From positions 1-35,102 of the IMG/VR virus record IMGVR_UViG_2563366856_000002: a DNA stretch of 35,102 nt; one strand, written 5' to 3'. The notes below the pieces were generated by a model. The model was not told the origin of the DNA, did not search any database, and was given only the letters and a program-made list of their open reading frames with translations. Of this stretch, positions 25,588-35,102 are shown in pieces. The stretch is from a virus. Its lineage: Duplodnaviria; Heunggongvirae; Uroviricota; Caudoviricetes. Position 1 is the stretch's first letter. The number at the start of each line of letters is the position of its first letter. Both the position numbers and the translations under genes were made by a program.

Positions 25588-27067
25588 CACCATTCCGTCG
25601 AATACGCTGGTTCCGCTGTTTTATGCGGAAATGGATAACCAGGCGGCGAATACTGCACAGGACAGCGGGGCATCGCTGCTGATTGGTCATGCCAATAACG
25701 GTGCAGAGATTGTTGCCAACAGTCTGGTGCTGATGCCATCGGCAGACTATGCACGCCAGATTTGTGGTGCGGGAAGTCAGCTGGCGCGTATGGTCGAGGC
25801 TTATCGCCAGACCGACCCGTTTGGTGAACTGTATGTGATTGCCGTTCCTGAATCCACGGGCGCGGCGGCAACAGTTACGCTGACGGTGACCGGCGCGGCA
25901 ACCGAAACCGGCACGGTGAATGTTTATGTGGGACGTACCCGCGTGCAGGCACCGGTGACCAACGGCGATAACGTCGCGACGATTGCCAGCAGTATCAAAG
26001 ATGCCATCAATGCCGTTCCGGCCCTGCCGTTTACGGCCTCATCTTCGGCTGGCGTGGTCACACTGACCGCGCGTCATAAGGGGCTTTGCGGGAATGAAAT
26101 TCCTGTCAGCCTCAATTACTACGGCTTCGGTGGGGGAGAAGTGCTGCCTGCGGGCGTACAGATTGCCGTGGCGGCGGGGACCGCCGGAACGGGCGCTCCG
26201 GTTCTCACCGGCGCGGTGGCTGCAATGGCGGATGAGCCGTTTGATTATATCGGTCTGCCGTTCAACGACACGGCCTCCCTTAACACGCTGGTGACCGAGA
26301 TGAACGATACCAGCGGTCGCTGGAGCTATGCGCGTCAGCTGTATGGCCATGTGTATACGGCAAAGATCGGCACGCTGTCAGAACTGGTGACCGCAGGTGA
26401 CCAGTTTAACCAGCAGCACATTACCCTGGCGGGGTACGAAAAAGACACCCAGACGCCTGCCGATGAGCTGGCGGCAAGCCGTGCCGCCCGCGCAGCGGTG
26501 TTTATCCGCAACGATCCGGCACGTCCCACGCAGACCGGTGAGCTGGTGGGTATGCTGCCTGCGCCGAAGGGGAAACGGTTCACGATGACCGAACAACAGA
26601 CCCTGCTGTCTCATGGCGTGGCAACGGCGTATGTCGAAAGCGGGGTACTGCGCATTCAGCGTGATGTCACCACGTACAGGAAAAACGCTTACGGGGTTGC
26701 GGATAACAGCTACCTCGACAGCGAGACGTTGCATACCAGCGCGTATGTGCTGCGCAAACTGAAATCCGTCATTACCAGTAAGTACGGGCGTCACAAGCTT
26801 GCCAGCGACGGTACCCGCTTTGGTCCCGGTCAGGCGATTGTTACCCCGGCGGTGATCAAAGGGGAACTGCTGGCAACCTACCGTCAGCTTGAGCGTGCGG
26901 GGATCGTGGAAAACTACGAACTGTTTAAGCAGTACCTGGTTGTGGAGCGTGATGCCAGCGATCCGAACCGCCTGAACACGCTGTTCCCGCCTGACTATGT
27001 TAACCAGTTGCGTGTCTTTGCCGTGGTTAACCAGTTCCGTCTTCAGTATTCAGAGGAGTCTGCATAA
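25571..27067 (+). CDS. contractile tail sheath protein (Mu gpL-like)
   Basis: 498 aa; followed by tube and chaperone genes. Confidence 0.85.
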   Translation: MTISFNTIPSNTLVPLFYAEMDNQAANTAQDSGASLLIGHANNGAEIVANSLVLMPSADYARQICGAGSQLARMVEAYRQTDPFGELYVIAVPESTGAAATVTLTVTGAATETGTVNVYVGRTRVQAPVTNGDNVATIASSIKDAINAVPALPFTASSSAGVVTLTARHKGLCGNEIPVSLNYYGFGGGEVLPAGVQIAVAAGTAGTGAPVLTGAVAAMADEPFDYIGLPFNDTASLNTLVTEMNDTSGRWSYARQLYGHVYTAKIGTLSELVTAGDQFNQQHITLAGYEKDTQTPADELAASRAARAAVFIRNDPARPTQTGELVGMLPAPKGKRFTMTEQQTLLSHGVATAYVESGVLRIQRDVTTYRKNAYGVADNSYLDSETLHTSAYVLRKLKSVITSKYGRHKLASDGTRFGPGQAIVTPAVIKGELLATYRQLERAGIVENYELFKQYLVVERDASDPNRLNTLFPPDYVNQLRVFAVVNQFRLQYSEESA

Positions 27068-27423
27068 TGGCCCGTATCGGGGGAACCTGTTATTTCAAAA
27101 TTGACGGTCAGCAGCTATCGCTGACCGGCGGCATTGAGGTGCCCATGAACAGGACGGTTAATGATGACATCATCGGCCTGGAAGGTTCAGTGGACCGCAA
27201 GGAAACTCACCGTGCGCCTTATGTCAAAGGGACCTTCAAGGTGCCGAAGAATTTTCCGGTGGGCAAAATCACCTCGTCTGATGAGATGACCATCACTGCC
27301 GAGCTGGCGAACGGTCAGGTCTATGTACTGTCGTCTGCCTGGCTGCACGGCGAAGCGAACCATAATGCCGAAGAAGGCACGGTTGATCTTGAGTTCCACG
27401 GTGAAGAAGGGGATTACCAGTGA
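27067..27423 (+). CDS. tail tube protein (Mu gpM-like)
   Basis: 118 aa immediately after sheath. Confidence 0.8.
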   Translation: MARIGGTCYFKIDGQQLSLTGGIEVPMNRTVNDDIIGLEGSVDRKETHRAPYVKGTFKVPKNFPVGKITSSDEMTITAELANGQVYVLSSAWLHGEANHNAEEGTVDLEFHGEEGDYQ

Positions 27424-27743
27424 TTGAGCTTGTACTTAAAAAACCGATCATCGCCCACAAAGAAACACTGCATGTGCTGGAAATACGTGAGCCTACGTAT
27501 GACGAGATTGAGGCGCTGGGGTTCCCTTTCTCTGTTTCGCCTGATGGTGGTATGAAAATGGACAGTCAGGTGGCGCTGAAATATATCCCGCTTCTGGCCG
27601 GGATCCCGCGTTCGTCTGCAGCGCAGATGACGAAGCTGGATATTTTCAAGGCAGGCATGATTGTAATGCGTTTTTTTACCGGCTTGGAGACGGAAGAGAC
27701 CTCAGGAAGCGATTCTACAATGTCGCGTGGTTCTGGAAATTAA
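27420..27743 (+). CDS. tail assembly chaperone (G-like), with -1 frameshift extension to 27835
   Basis: Position between tube and tape measure; slippery heptamer T_TTT_TTT at 27671-27677 in zero frame; -1 frame open from there to TGA at 27833-27835. Confidence 0.65.
   Translation: MIELVLKKPIIAHKETLHVLEIREPTYDEIEALGFPFSVSPDGGMKMDSQVALKYIPLLAGIPRSSAAQMTKLDIFKAGMIVMRFFTGLETEETSGSDSTMSRGSGN
27671..27677 (+). other. slippery heptamer for programmed -1 ribosomal frameshift
   Basis: TTTTTTT with zero-frame codons TTT TTT (X_XXY_YYZ). Confidence 0.55.
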
Positions 27744-27827
27744 ACCCCCTTGAACTTCGCCGGACGGCTATTTCCCACTTTGCTGATCTGGAGGCAGAGG
27801 CCGTCCGTATAAATGAGGAGATGAAGC

Positions 27828-29735
27828 ATGGCTGATAATTTTCAGCTGAAAGCCATCATCACCGCCGTTGACAGGCTATCCGGCCCGCTTAAAGGTATGC
27901 AGCGTCAGCTTAAGGGATTTCAGAAAGAAGTCTCCAGCCTTGCTCTGGGCGCTGCCGGGGCGGGTACTGCAATAATGGGGGCACTGGTACTCCCTGTAAA
28001 ATCAGCCATCACCCTTGAATCGAAGATGGCTGATGTCCGCAAAGTGGTGGACGGTCTGGATACGCCGGATGCGTTTAAGGCCATGACGGAGCAGGTACGC
28101 GCTTTGTCTACTGAGCTTCCCATGTCTGCAGACGGGATCGCGGAAATTGTGGCGGCTGGCGGTCAGGCCGGGATTGCACGTGATGAACTGATGCAGTTTG
28201 CCACTGATGCGGTGAAGATGGGCGTGGCCTTTGATACCACGGCTGAAGAGTCCGGGCAGATGATGGCCCAGTGGCGTACTGCGTTTAATATGACGCAGGA
28301 TGAAGTGGCCGGGCTGGCTGACAAAATCAACTACCTTGGTAATACCGGCCCGGCGAATGCGAAGAAAATCTCCGATATTGTTACGCGTATTGGTCCTTTA
28401 GGTGGTGTTGCAGGTGTGGCTTCCGGCGAAATCGCGGCAATGGGAGCAACCATTGCCGGGATGGGCGTGGAGTCAGAAATTGCCGCCACAGGGATCAAGA
28501 ACTTCATGCTTTCCCTGACCGCGGGAAATTCCGCGACAAAATCGCAGAAACAGGCATTGCGTTTTCTGCGGATCAATCCGAAGAAATTAGCTGCTGATAT
28601 GCAGAAAGATGCCCGGGGCACCATGCTGTCTGTACTGGATGCGATGGCTAAAGTGCCTAAAGAAAAACAGGCAGCTGTGCTGAATGCCCTGTTCGGGAAA
28701 GAGTCTCTGGGCGCGATAGCACCTCTGCTGAATAACCTTGATTTGTTGCGTACCAACTTCAGGCGGGTTGCGGATTCCCAGCAGTATGGCAGTTCGATGC
28801 AGAAGGAATATGCTTCGAGGGCAGCGACGACGGAAAACCAGCTTTTACTTCTGCAAAATCAACTTGATGCCATTTCTTCCACGCTGGGGGAAACGTTTCT
28901 TCCTGAGGTTAATGATGGTCTTGAAGCGGTAAAACCGCTCCTTGAGGAAGTGAGAACGTTTGTCCGTGAAAACCCGGATCTCGTTAAGACCATTGCTAAA
29001 ATCGGTCTGGCCTTACTGACGGTGGGAGCCGCTGCAGGCTCTTTGTCCAGAATTATGAAAGTTCTCGGCGGTGTGATGAATATGACGCCTGCTAAGGGGC
29101 TGATTGCTCTTCTGGTTGGTGGCGCTTACCTCATTATTGATAACTGGGAAACCGTAGGTCCTGTCATAAAAAAAGTTTGGCACGTGGTGGATGAAACGGC
29201 GCAGGCGATGGGGGGATGGGAAACTGTTCTGAAAGCGATTGCCCTGTTTATGGCAACCAAATGGGTTGCTGACGTTACCAAATCCATTACCGCAGTGACC
29301 AGAGAGATGCGTACGCTGGGGAAGGTATCGGCAGAAACGGGATTGATGGAGAAAGGCCGCGGCTTTATCGGGAAGGCCGGGGTATATGGTTTTCTGGGAA
29401 CCCTGATGTATGAGCCGGTTAAAGATACTCTGGAAAGTGTTGTTCCTGAAGATACGGTTAACTGGCTGGATAATAAAGGGCTGTTTCTGGCTTCAGACTG
29501 GACGCCTTTTTTTGATCGTAAAGAGTACGAGCAGTATCAGGCCAGCCTGAGTCAGTACAAACCCAATGTTCCGCTGTTGAATCCATCTTCTTCCATGACA
29601 CAGCACAGCGAGCTGAAAGTCACGTTCGAGAATGCTCCGCCAAGTATGAAGATAATTGATGTACCGGGCAAAGCCGATCCCCTGATGAAAATCACGCACG
29701 ATGTGGGGTATTCCCCTTTTCGTTTTCCACGATAA
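27828..29735 (+). CDS. tail tape measure protein
   Basis: 635 aa, alpha-helical, Ala/Gly-rich with hydrophobic central segments. Confidence 0.85.
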   Translation: MADNFQLKAIITAVDRLSGPLKGMQRQLKGFQKEVSSLALGAAGAGTAIMGALVLPVKSAITLESKMADVRKVVDGLDTPDAFKAMTEQVRALSTELPMSADGIAEIVAAGGQAGIARDELMQFATDAVKMGVAFDTTAEESGQMMAQWRTAFNMTQDEVAGLADKINYLGNTGPANAKKISDIVTRIGPLGGVAGVASGEIAAMGATIAGMGVESEIAATGIKNFMLSLTAGNSATKSQKQALRFLRINPKKLAADMQKDARGTMLSVLDAMAKVPKEKQAAVLNALFGKESLGAIAPLLNNLDLLRTNFRRVADSQQYGSSMQKEYASRAATTENQLLLLQNQLDAISSTLGETFLPEVNDGLEAVKPLLEEVRTFVRENPDLVKTIAKIGLALLTVGAAAGSLSRIMKVLGGVMNMTPAKGLIALLVGGAYLIIDNWETVGPVIKKVWHVVDETAQAMGGWETVLKAIALFMATKWVADVTKSITAVTREMRTLGKVSAETGLMEKGRGFIGKAGVYGFLGTLMYEPVKDTLESVVPEDTVNWLDNKGLFLASDWTPFFDRKEYEQYQASLSQYKPNVPLLNPSSSMTQHSELKVTFENAPPSMKIIDVPGKADPLMKITHDVGYSPFRFPR

Positions 29736-29759
29736 CGCAGTCCTTTTTGAGGTCAGTCT

Positions 29760-31136
29760 ATGGATTTATCCTCATTTCCCACCCGACCTTCATTACTTTC
29801 GTCGTCTTCAGGCTGGCGTGACAGACTTCAGGACGCGTCATTTCGCGGCGTGCCGTTTAAGGTTGAAGAAGAAAGTGCGGGAACCGGTCGTCGTGTGGAA
29901 ACACACGAATATCCGAACCGCGACAAACCCTATACCGAAGATCTGGGAAAAGTTACTTTCCGCCCGTCCATCACGGCTTATGTGGTGGGAGATGACTGCT
30001 TTGACCAGCGCGATCGCCTGATTGACGCGCTGAATAAACCCGGTCCCGGCACGCTTGTCCATCCGACATACGGTGAGCTGAAAGTCTGTGTTGACGGGGA
30101 AGTTCGGGTCAGCACATCGAAGAATGAAGGGCGTATTGTCCGCTTTGACCTGAAGTTTGTCGAAGCGGGAGAACTCTCTTACCCCACTTCAGGTGCGGCG
30201 ACGGCGCAGACGCTGATGTCATCCTGTTCTGCACTGGATGACTGCATCAGTGACAGCTTCAGTGGTTTCAGTATCGATGGCGTGGCAGATTTTGTGCAGA
30301 ACGACGTCGTCGGTAATGCCAGCACAATGCTTGGGTATGTTTCTGATGCGATGAAAGTGGTGGATTCTGCCGTATCGGATGCCGCCAGGCTGTTGCAGGG
30401 GGATATCTCGGTACTTCTGCCGCCGCCATCGTCAGGCAAAAATTTCGTTGAGCAGGTGCAGAAAATGTGGCGTACCGGGAAACGCCTTTATGGTAACGCC
30501 AGCGACCTGGTCACCATGATCAAAACGCTTTCCGGTGTCAGCCTCGGCAGCGATCTGCAACCGCGCGGCGTCTGGAAAACGGACAGTAAAACCACCGCCA
30601 CGGCGACGCAACAGCGTAACGTGGTTGCCAGCACCCTTCGTACGACCGCAATCAGCGAAGCGGCGTATGCCGTCACCCGATTGCCTGCGCCAACAACTTC
30701 CGCGGTGATGCAGAATGCCGCAGTGGGGCAGGCAACAACACCCGCGCAGAGCACTGGCTGGCCTTCCGTCACGCATCCGGCACTGAACAATGCACCAGCG
30801 GTGAAAAGCACGGTTGACCTGCCGACGTGGGAAGAACTGACTGACATTCGCGACACACTGAATACGGCAATTGATAAGGAGTTGTCCCGAACAACCAGTG
30901 ATGCGCTGTTTCTGGCGCTGCGCCGGGTGAAAGCAGATCTGAATGCGGATATCAACACGCGCCTTGAACAGTCTGCACGGATCATTCAGCGCACGCCGGA
31001 TGAGGTCTTACCCGCGCTGGTGCTGGCGGCGACCTGGTTTGATAACGCGGCGCGTGACGCGGACATTATCCGGCGTAATGCCATTACGCATCCCGGCTTT
31101 GTGCCGGTGATCCCTCTGAAGGTGCCAGTGCAATGA
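29760..31136 (+). CDS. DNA circularization protein (Mu gpN-like)
   Basis: N-terminal ASFRGVPF...GRRVETHEYPNRD motif. Confidence 0.8.
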   Translation: MDLSSFPTRPSLLSSSSGWRDRLQDASFRGVPFKVEEESAGTGRRVETHEYPNRDKPYTEDLGKVTFRPSITAYVVGDDCFDQRDRLIDALNKPGPGTLVHPTYGELKVCVDGEVRVSTSKNEGRIVRFDLKFVEAGELSYPTSGAATAQTLMSSCSALDDCISDSFSGFSIDGVADFVQNDVVGNASTMLGYVSDAMKVVDSAVSDAARLLQGDISVLLPPPSSGKNFVEQVQKMWRTGKRLYGNASDLVTMIKTLSGVSLGSDLQPRGVWKTDSKTTATATQQRNVVASTLRTTAISEAAYAVTRLPAPTTSAVMQNAAVGQATTPAQSTGWPSVTHPALNNAPAVKSTVDLPTWEELTDIRDTLNTAIDKELSRTTSDALFLALRRVKADLNADINTRLEQSARIIQRTPDEVLPALVLAATWFDNAARDADIIRRNAITHPGFVPVIPLKVPVQ

Positions 31137-32212
31137 ACGATAACGTCACGCTACGGGTAAATGGCCGGGAGTGGAATGGCTGGACATCGGTGCGCATCGG
31201 TGCCGGTATTGAACGGCTGGCGCGGGATTTCAGCGTGGAGATCACCCGCCAGTGGCCGGGAGATGAGGGTATCACCACGCTTCAGCCGCGCATTAAAAAT
31301 GGTTCAAAAGTGGAAGTGCTGATTGGTGATGAGCTGGTGATCACCGGCTGGGTGGAGGCGACCCCCGTTCGTTACGATGCCCGTTCGGTCAGCACCGGTA
31401 TTGCCGGACGTAGTCTGACTGCTGACCTGATTGACTGTGCAGCCGAACCGACACAGTTTAACGGACGATCGCTGGTACAGATTGCGCAGGCGCTTGCTGC
31501 GCCTTTCGGCATTGAGGTGGTGAACAGCGATGCGCCGTCGGGTGTTATTCCGGATGTCCAGCCTGATCACGGTGAAACGGTGATCGAGGTGATCAACAAA
31601 ATACTCGGTCAGCAGCAGGCGCTGGCTTATGACGACCCGCACGGCAGGCTGGTGATTGGTGGTATTGGCTCAACGCGGGCACATACCGCGCTGGTACTTG
31701 GGGAAAACATCCTTTCCTGCGATACGGAGAAGAGTATCCGGGAGCGGTTTTCTGTTTACCAGGTGGCGGGGCAGCGTGCCGGAAACGACGATGATTTCGG
31801 TGAGGCCACCACCACCGCGCTGCGGGCCCGCACAGAGGACGCATTTATTGCCCGTTACCGTCCGATGTATATCAGGCAGACAGGGCAGGCTACGGGGGCA
31901 GGCTGTATTGCGCGTGCTGACTTTGAAGCCCGGCAACGGGCGGCGCGGACGGATGAAACCACCTATGTGGTGCAGGGCTGGCGACAGGGTAACGGTACGC
32001 TGTGGCAGCCCAACCAGCGGGTGATTGTCTTCGATCCGGTCTGTGGGTTCGACAATACCGAACTGCTTGTCTCGGAAGTCACGTTTACTCAGGACCAGAA
32101 CGGCACCCTGACGGAAATCCGTGTCGGCCCGCCTGATGCTTATCTGCCTGAACCCGAAGATCCCGGCGTGCGGAAAAAGAAAAAAGCCAGAGTACAGGAG
32201 GACCCGTTCTGA
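31133..32212 (+). CDS. baseplate hub / tail protein (Mu gpP-like)
   Basis: 359 aa following circularization gene. Confidence 0.75.
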   Translation: MNDNVTLRVNGREWNGWTSVRIGAGIERLARDFSVEITRQWPGDEGITTLQPRIKNGSKVEVLIGDELVITGWVEATPVRYDARSVSTGIAGRSLTADLIDCAAEPTQFNGRSLVQIAQALAAPFGIEVVNSDAPSGVIPDVQPDHGETVIEVINKILGQQQALAYDDPHGRLVIGGIGSTRAHTALVLGENILSCDTEKSIRERFSVYQVAGQRAGNDDDFGEATTTALRARTEDAFIARYRPMYIRQTGQATGAGCIARADFEARQRAARTDETTYVVQGWRQGNGTLWQPNQRVIVFDPVCGFDNTELLVSEVTFTQDQNGTLTEIRVGPPDAYLPEPEDPGVRKKKKARVQEDPF

Positions 32213-32760
32213 TGAGGACGATTGAAGCCATGCAGCGACAACTCCTCGGCCTGATTGGGCGGGCCGTGGTGAAAAGCATCAGTGCCGCCACGAAATGTCA
32301 GACCGTGGATGTGTCCCTGATTGCCGGTGAACCCAAAGCCGGGGTTGAACATCTTGAACCCTACGGTTTTACCGCAAGGGCAAACAGCGGTGCGGAAGCG
32401 GTGGTGTTGTTTCCGGATGGTGACCGTTCTCATGCGGTGGTTGTTACGGTGTCGGACCGGCGCTACCGCCTGAAAGGGCTGCAGACGGGTGAGGTGGCGG
32501 TCTATGACGATCAGGGGCAGTCCGTGACGCTGACCCGGGAGGGGATCGTGGTGGACGGTGCAGGTAAAACGATCACGTTTCGCAATGCACCTGAAGCACG
32601 TTTTGAAATGGACCTGGAAGTGACAGGACAGGTGAAAGACCTGTGCGACTCCGGCGGCACCACCATGTCAGCGATGCGGCTTGCCTATAACGGGCATCGT
32701 CACAGAGAGAACGGTCAGGGCAGTAACACCGACAAACCTGATAAAGCGATGGAGGCATGA
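32212..32760 (+). CDS. baseplate assembly protein V / spike (Mu gp45-like)
   Basis: 182 aa; gene order. Confidence 0.75.
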   Translation: MRTIEAMQRQLLGLIGRAVVKSISAATKCQTVDVSLIAGEPKAGVEHLEPYGFTARANSGAEAVVLFPDGDRSHAVVVTVSDRRYRLKGLQTGEVAVYDDQGQSVTLTREGIVVDGAGKTITFRNAPEARFEMDLEVTGQVKDLCDSGGTTMSAMRLAYNGHRHRENGQGSNTDKPDKAMEA

Positions 32761-33185
32761 TGGAACTGTGGCTGACGGTGAACGGTAAACGCACCTGCGC
32801 CAGCGCACCGCTGGATCCGCTGACCCGCGCCGTGGTGATTTCCCTGTTTACCTGGCGGCGTGCGGAGCCTGATGACAACGCCGACGTCCCGATGGGATGG
32901 TGGGGGGATACCTGGCCTGCGGTACAGAATGATCGTTACGGCTCCCGACTGTGGCTGCTTCAGCGCAGCAAACTGACCAATCAGCTGGTGCAGACGGTAA
33001 GGGGGTATATCCGCGAATGCCTGCAATGGATGATTGATGACTGCGTGGTGTCCCGTATTGATCTGGATATCCGCCGCACCGGGATTAATGAACTGGGTAA
33101 CAGTATCACTCTCTGGCGTCGTGACGGACCGGTAATGATTTCTTTTGTTGATCTGTGGAGTGCGATAACGCATGGCGGACAGTGA
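32757..33185 (+). CDS. baseplate protein (GP46 family)
   Basis: 142 aa; gene order. Confidence 0.7.
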   Translation: MMELWLTVNGKRTCASAPLDPLTRAVVISLFTWRRAEPDDNADVPMGWWGDTWPAVQNDRYGSRLWLLQRSKLTNQLVQTVRGYIRECLQWMIDDCVVSRIDLDIRRTGINELGNSITLWRRDGPVMISFVDLWSAITHGGQ

Positions 33186-34230
33186 ATTTCAGCGTCCGAC
33201 GCTGGCAGAAAATATCAGTATGCTCCGTAACGATTTATTCGCCAGGCTGGACGTCAGCGACACGCTCCGGCGCATGGATGAAGACGTGCGGGCAAAGGTG
33301 TATGCGGCGGCGCTGCATACGGTTTACGGTTACATCGATTATCTGGCAATGAACATGCTGCCTGACCTGTGCGATGAGTCCTGGCTGGCGCGACATGCTG
33401 CGATGAAACGGTGTCCGCGCAAGGGGGCCACGGCTGCCAGCGGGTATATGCGCTGGGAAGGTGTCAGCGATGGCCTGAAGGTGACCGCCGGGAGTGTTAT
33501 TCAGCGCGATGACCTGGTTCAGTACACGGCAACTGCCGATGCAACCAGCGCCGGTGGTGTCCTGCGCGTGCCGATCGCCTGCTCAAGTGCAGGCGCGGTC
33601 GGTAATGCTGACGACGGTACGTCATTAATCCTGGTCACGCCGGTGAATGGTCTGCCGTCTTCTGGCGAGGCAGATACCCTGACAGGTGGATTTGATACTG
33701 AAGAGCTGGAAACGTGGCGCGCCCGCGTCATTGAGCGGTATTACTGGACGCCTCAGAGCGGGGCTGACGGGGACTATGTTGTCTGGGCTAAAGAAGTTCC
33801 CGGCATTACCCGCGCATGGACATACCGACACTGGATGGGAACGGGGACTGTCGGTGTGATGATAGCCAGCAGTGACCTGATTAACCCCATTCCGGAAGAA
33901 TCAACGGAAACGGCAGCAAGACAACATATCGGGCCACTGGCCCCGGTGGCAGGCTCTGATTTGTATGTATTCAGGCCGGTGGCGCATAAAGTGGATTTTC
34001 ATATCCGCGTGACGCCGGACACACCGGAAATACGGGCTGCCATCACTGCCGAGTTGCGTTCGTTCCTGCTGCGTGATGGTTATCCGCAGGGAGAACTGAA
34101 GGTGTCGCGTATCAGTGAGGCGATTTCCGGTGCGAACGGGGAATACAGCCATCAGTTGCTTGCACCGGCGGACAATATCTCCATTGCAAAAAATGAACTG
34201 GCGGTACTGGGGACGATTTCATGGACGTGA
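33172..34230 (+). CDS. baseplate J-like protein (Mu gp47-like)
   Basis: 352 aa; gene order and length. Confidence 0.8.
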   Translation: MADSEFQRPTLAENISMLRNDLFARLDVSDTLRRMDEDVRAKVYAAALHTVYGYIDYLAMNMLPDLCDESWLARHAAMKRCPRKGATAASGYMRWEGVSDGLKVTAGSVIQRDDLVQYTATADATSAGGVLRVPIACSSAGAVGNADDGTSLILVTPVNGLPSSGEADTLTGGFDTEELETWRARVIERYYWTPQSGADGDYVVWAKEVPGITRAWTYRHWMGTGTVGVMIASSDLINPIPEESTETAARQHIGPLAPVAGSDLYVFRPVAHKVDFHIRVTPDTPEIRAAITAELRSFLLRDGYPQGELKVSRISEAISGANGEYSHQLLAPADNISIAKNELAVLGTISWT

Positions 34231-34805
34231 CAAACGATGATTACATCCATCTGTTGTCGGCACTGTTGCCCCCCGGTCCGGCGTGGTCAGCCAGCGATCC
34301 GGCGATTGCCGGTGCGGCACCGTCATTAACCCGCGTTCATCAGCGTGCGGATGCCCTGATGCGGGAGCTGGATCCGCGCACCACCACCGAACTGATAAAT
34401 CGCTGGGAGCGTCTGTGCGGCCTGCCGGATGAATGTATTCCCGCAGGAACGCAGACCCTTCGCCAGCGTCAGCAACGACTGGATGCGAAGGTTAACCTGG
34501 CGGGCGGCATCAACGAGAATTTTTATCTTGCACAGCTTGCTGCCCTGGGCAGACCAGACGCTACCATCACGCGATACGACAAAAGCACGTTCACCTGCTC
34601 ATCGGCCTGTACTGACGCGGTGAACGCGCCTGAATGGCGGTATTACTGGCAGGTCAACATGCCAGCCGCCACCAACACCACCTGGATGACATGTGGTGAT
34701 GCCTGTGATTCCGCACTGCGCTTCTGGGGGGACACCGTTGTCGAATGTGTGCTTAACAAACTCTGTCCGTCTCATACCTACGTAATTTTTAAATATCCGG
34801 AGTAA
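34221..34805 (+). CDS. tail protein (Mu gp48-like, DUF2313/YmfQ-type)
   Basis: 194 aa; gene order. Confidence 0.7.
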   Translation: MDVTNDDYIHLLSALLPPGPAWSASDPAIAGAAPSLTRVHQRADALMRELDPRTTTELINRWERLCGLPDECIPAGTQTLRQRQQRLDAKVNLAGGINENFYLAQLAALGRPDATITRYDKSTFTCSSACTDAVNAPEWRYYWQVNMPAATNTTWMTCGDACDSALRFWGDTVVECVLNKLCPSHTYVIFKYPE

Positions 34806-34808
34806 TCC

Positions 34809-35102
34809 ATGCATCGCATAGACACGAAAACCGCGCAGAAGGATAAGTTCGGCGCGGGTAAGAACGGTTTTACCCGTGGTAACCCCCAGACCGGCACGCC
34901 TGCCACCGATCTGGATGATGACTACTTTGACATGTTGCAGGAAGAGCTTTGTGGCGTGGTGGAGGCATCCGGTGCCAGCCTGGAGAAGGGGCGAAACGAC
35001 CAGTTGCTTACCGCGCTTCGTGCGCTGCTGTTAAGCCGCAAGAATCCGTTTGGTGATATCAAATCGGATGGCACGGTGAAAACGGCTCTCGAAAACCTTG
35101 GT
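34809..35102 (+). CDS. tail fibre protein, N-terminal part (truncated by window end)
   Basis: [40 protein letters not shown] conserved tail-fibre N-terminus; ORF runs off the window. Confidence 0.7.
   Translation, partial: MHRIDTKTAQKDKFGAGKNGFTRGNPQTGTPATDLDDDYFDMLQEELCGVVEASGASLEKGRNDQLLTALRALLLSRKNPFGDIKSDGTVKTALENLG

Larger units (their letters stand above)
2019..35102. mobile_element. lambdoid-regulated prophage (HK97-like head, Mu-like contractile tail); right end beyond window
   Basis: Continuous phage gene order int-xis / early-left / cI-cro / replication / nin-like / Q / lysis / terminase / portal-protease-capsid / tail sheath-tube-tape measure / baseplate / fibre. Confidence 0.9.

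Overview
This window is almost entirely one integrated temperate phage (prophage) of an enterobacterial host, read left to right from the integrase end to the start of the tail fibre gene, which runs off the right edge. All calls are made by eye from the supplied translations and sequence; no database search, HMM or folding program was run, so every family assignment is recalled resemblance and every composition statement is qualitative. Layout: (1) 1-1684, an AT-rich, translationally coupled three-gene operon (unknown protein, DUF488-like, DUF4326-like) just outside the integrase; (2) 2019-3387, integrase and excisionase; (3) 3428-6004, early-left region carrying an HD-domain hydrolase, a long inverted repeat, and a two-gene accessory operon (TerB-like repeat protein plus BRCT-domain protein) at the position lambda uses for rexAB; (4) 5987-12967, CI-like repressor, cro-like and CII-like regulators, replication gene with internal iterons, Dam methyltransferase, LexA-DNA-binding-domain-only protein, RusA, KilA-N protein, DUF968/HNH protein and Q-like antiterminator; (5) 12989-14400, an AT-rich two-gene operon on the opposite strand (4-TM membrane protein plus 294-aa protein) between Q and the lysis genes, with Kiwa-like architecture; (6) 14732-16056, lysis cassette (holin, lambda R-type endolysin, Rz/Rz1 spanins), followed by a membrane-anchored single-gene insert with its own terminator; (7) 17404-23387, HNH endonuclease, small and large terminase, portal, prohead protease and major capsid of HK97 type; (8) 23640-35102, Mu-like contractile tail and baseplate genes, including a tail chaperone with a slippery heptamer for a -1 frameshift. 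The candidates for a novel accessory or defence function are the TerB-like/BRCT operon, the three-gene operon at the left edge, the membrane-protein operon between Q and the lysis genes, and the post-lysis membrane protein. No rRNA, tRNA, CRISPR array or transposase was found.
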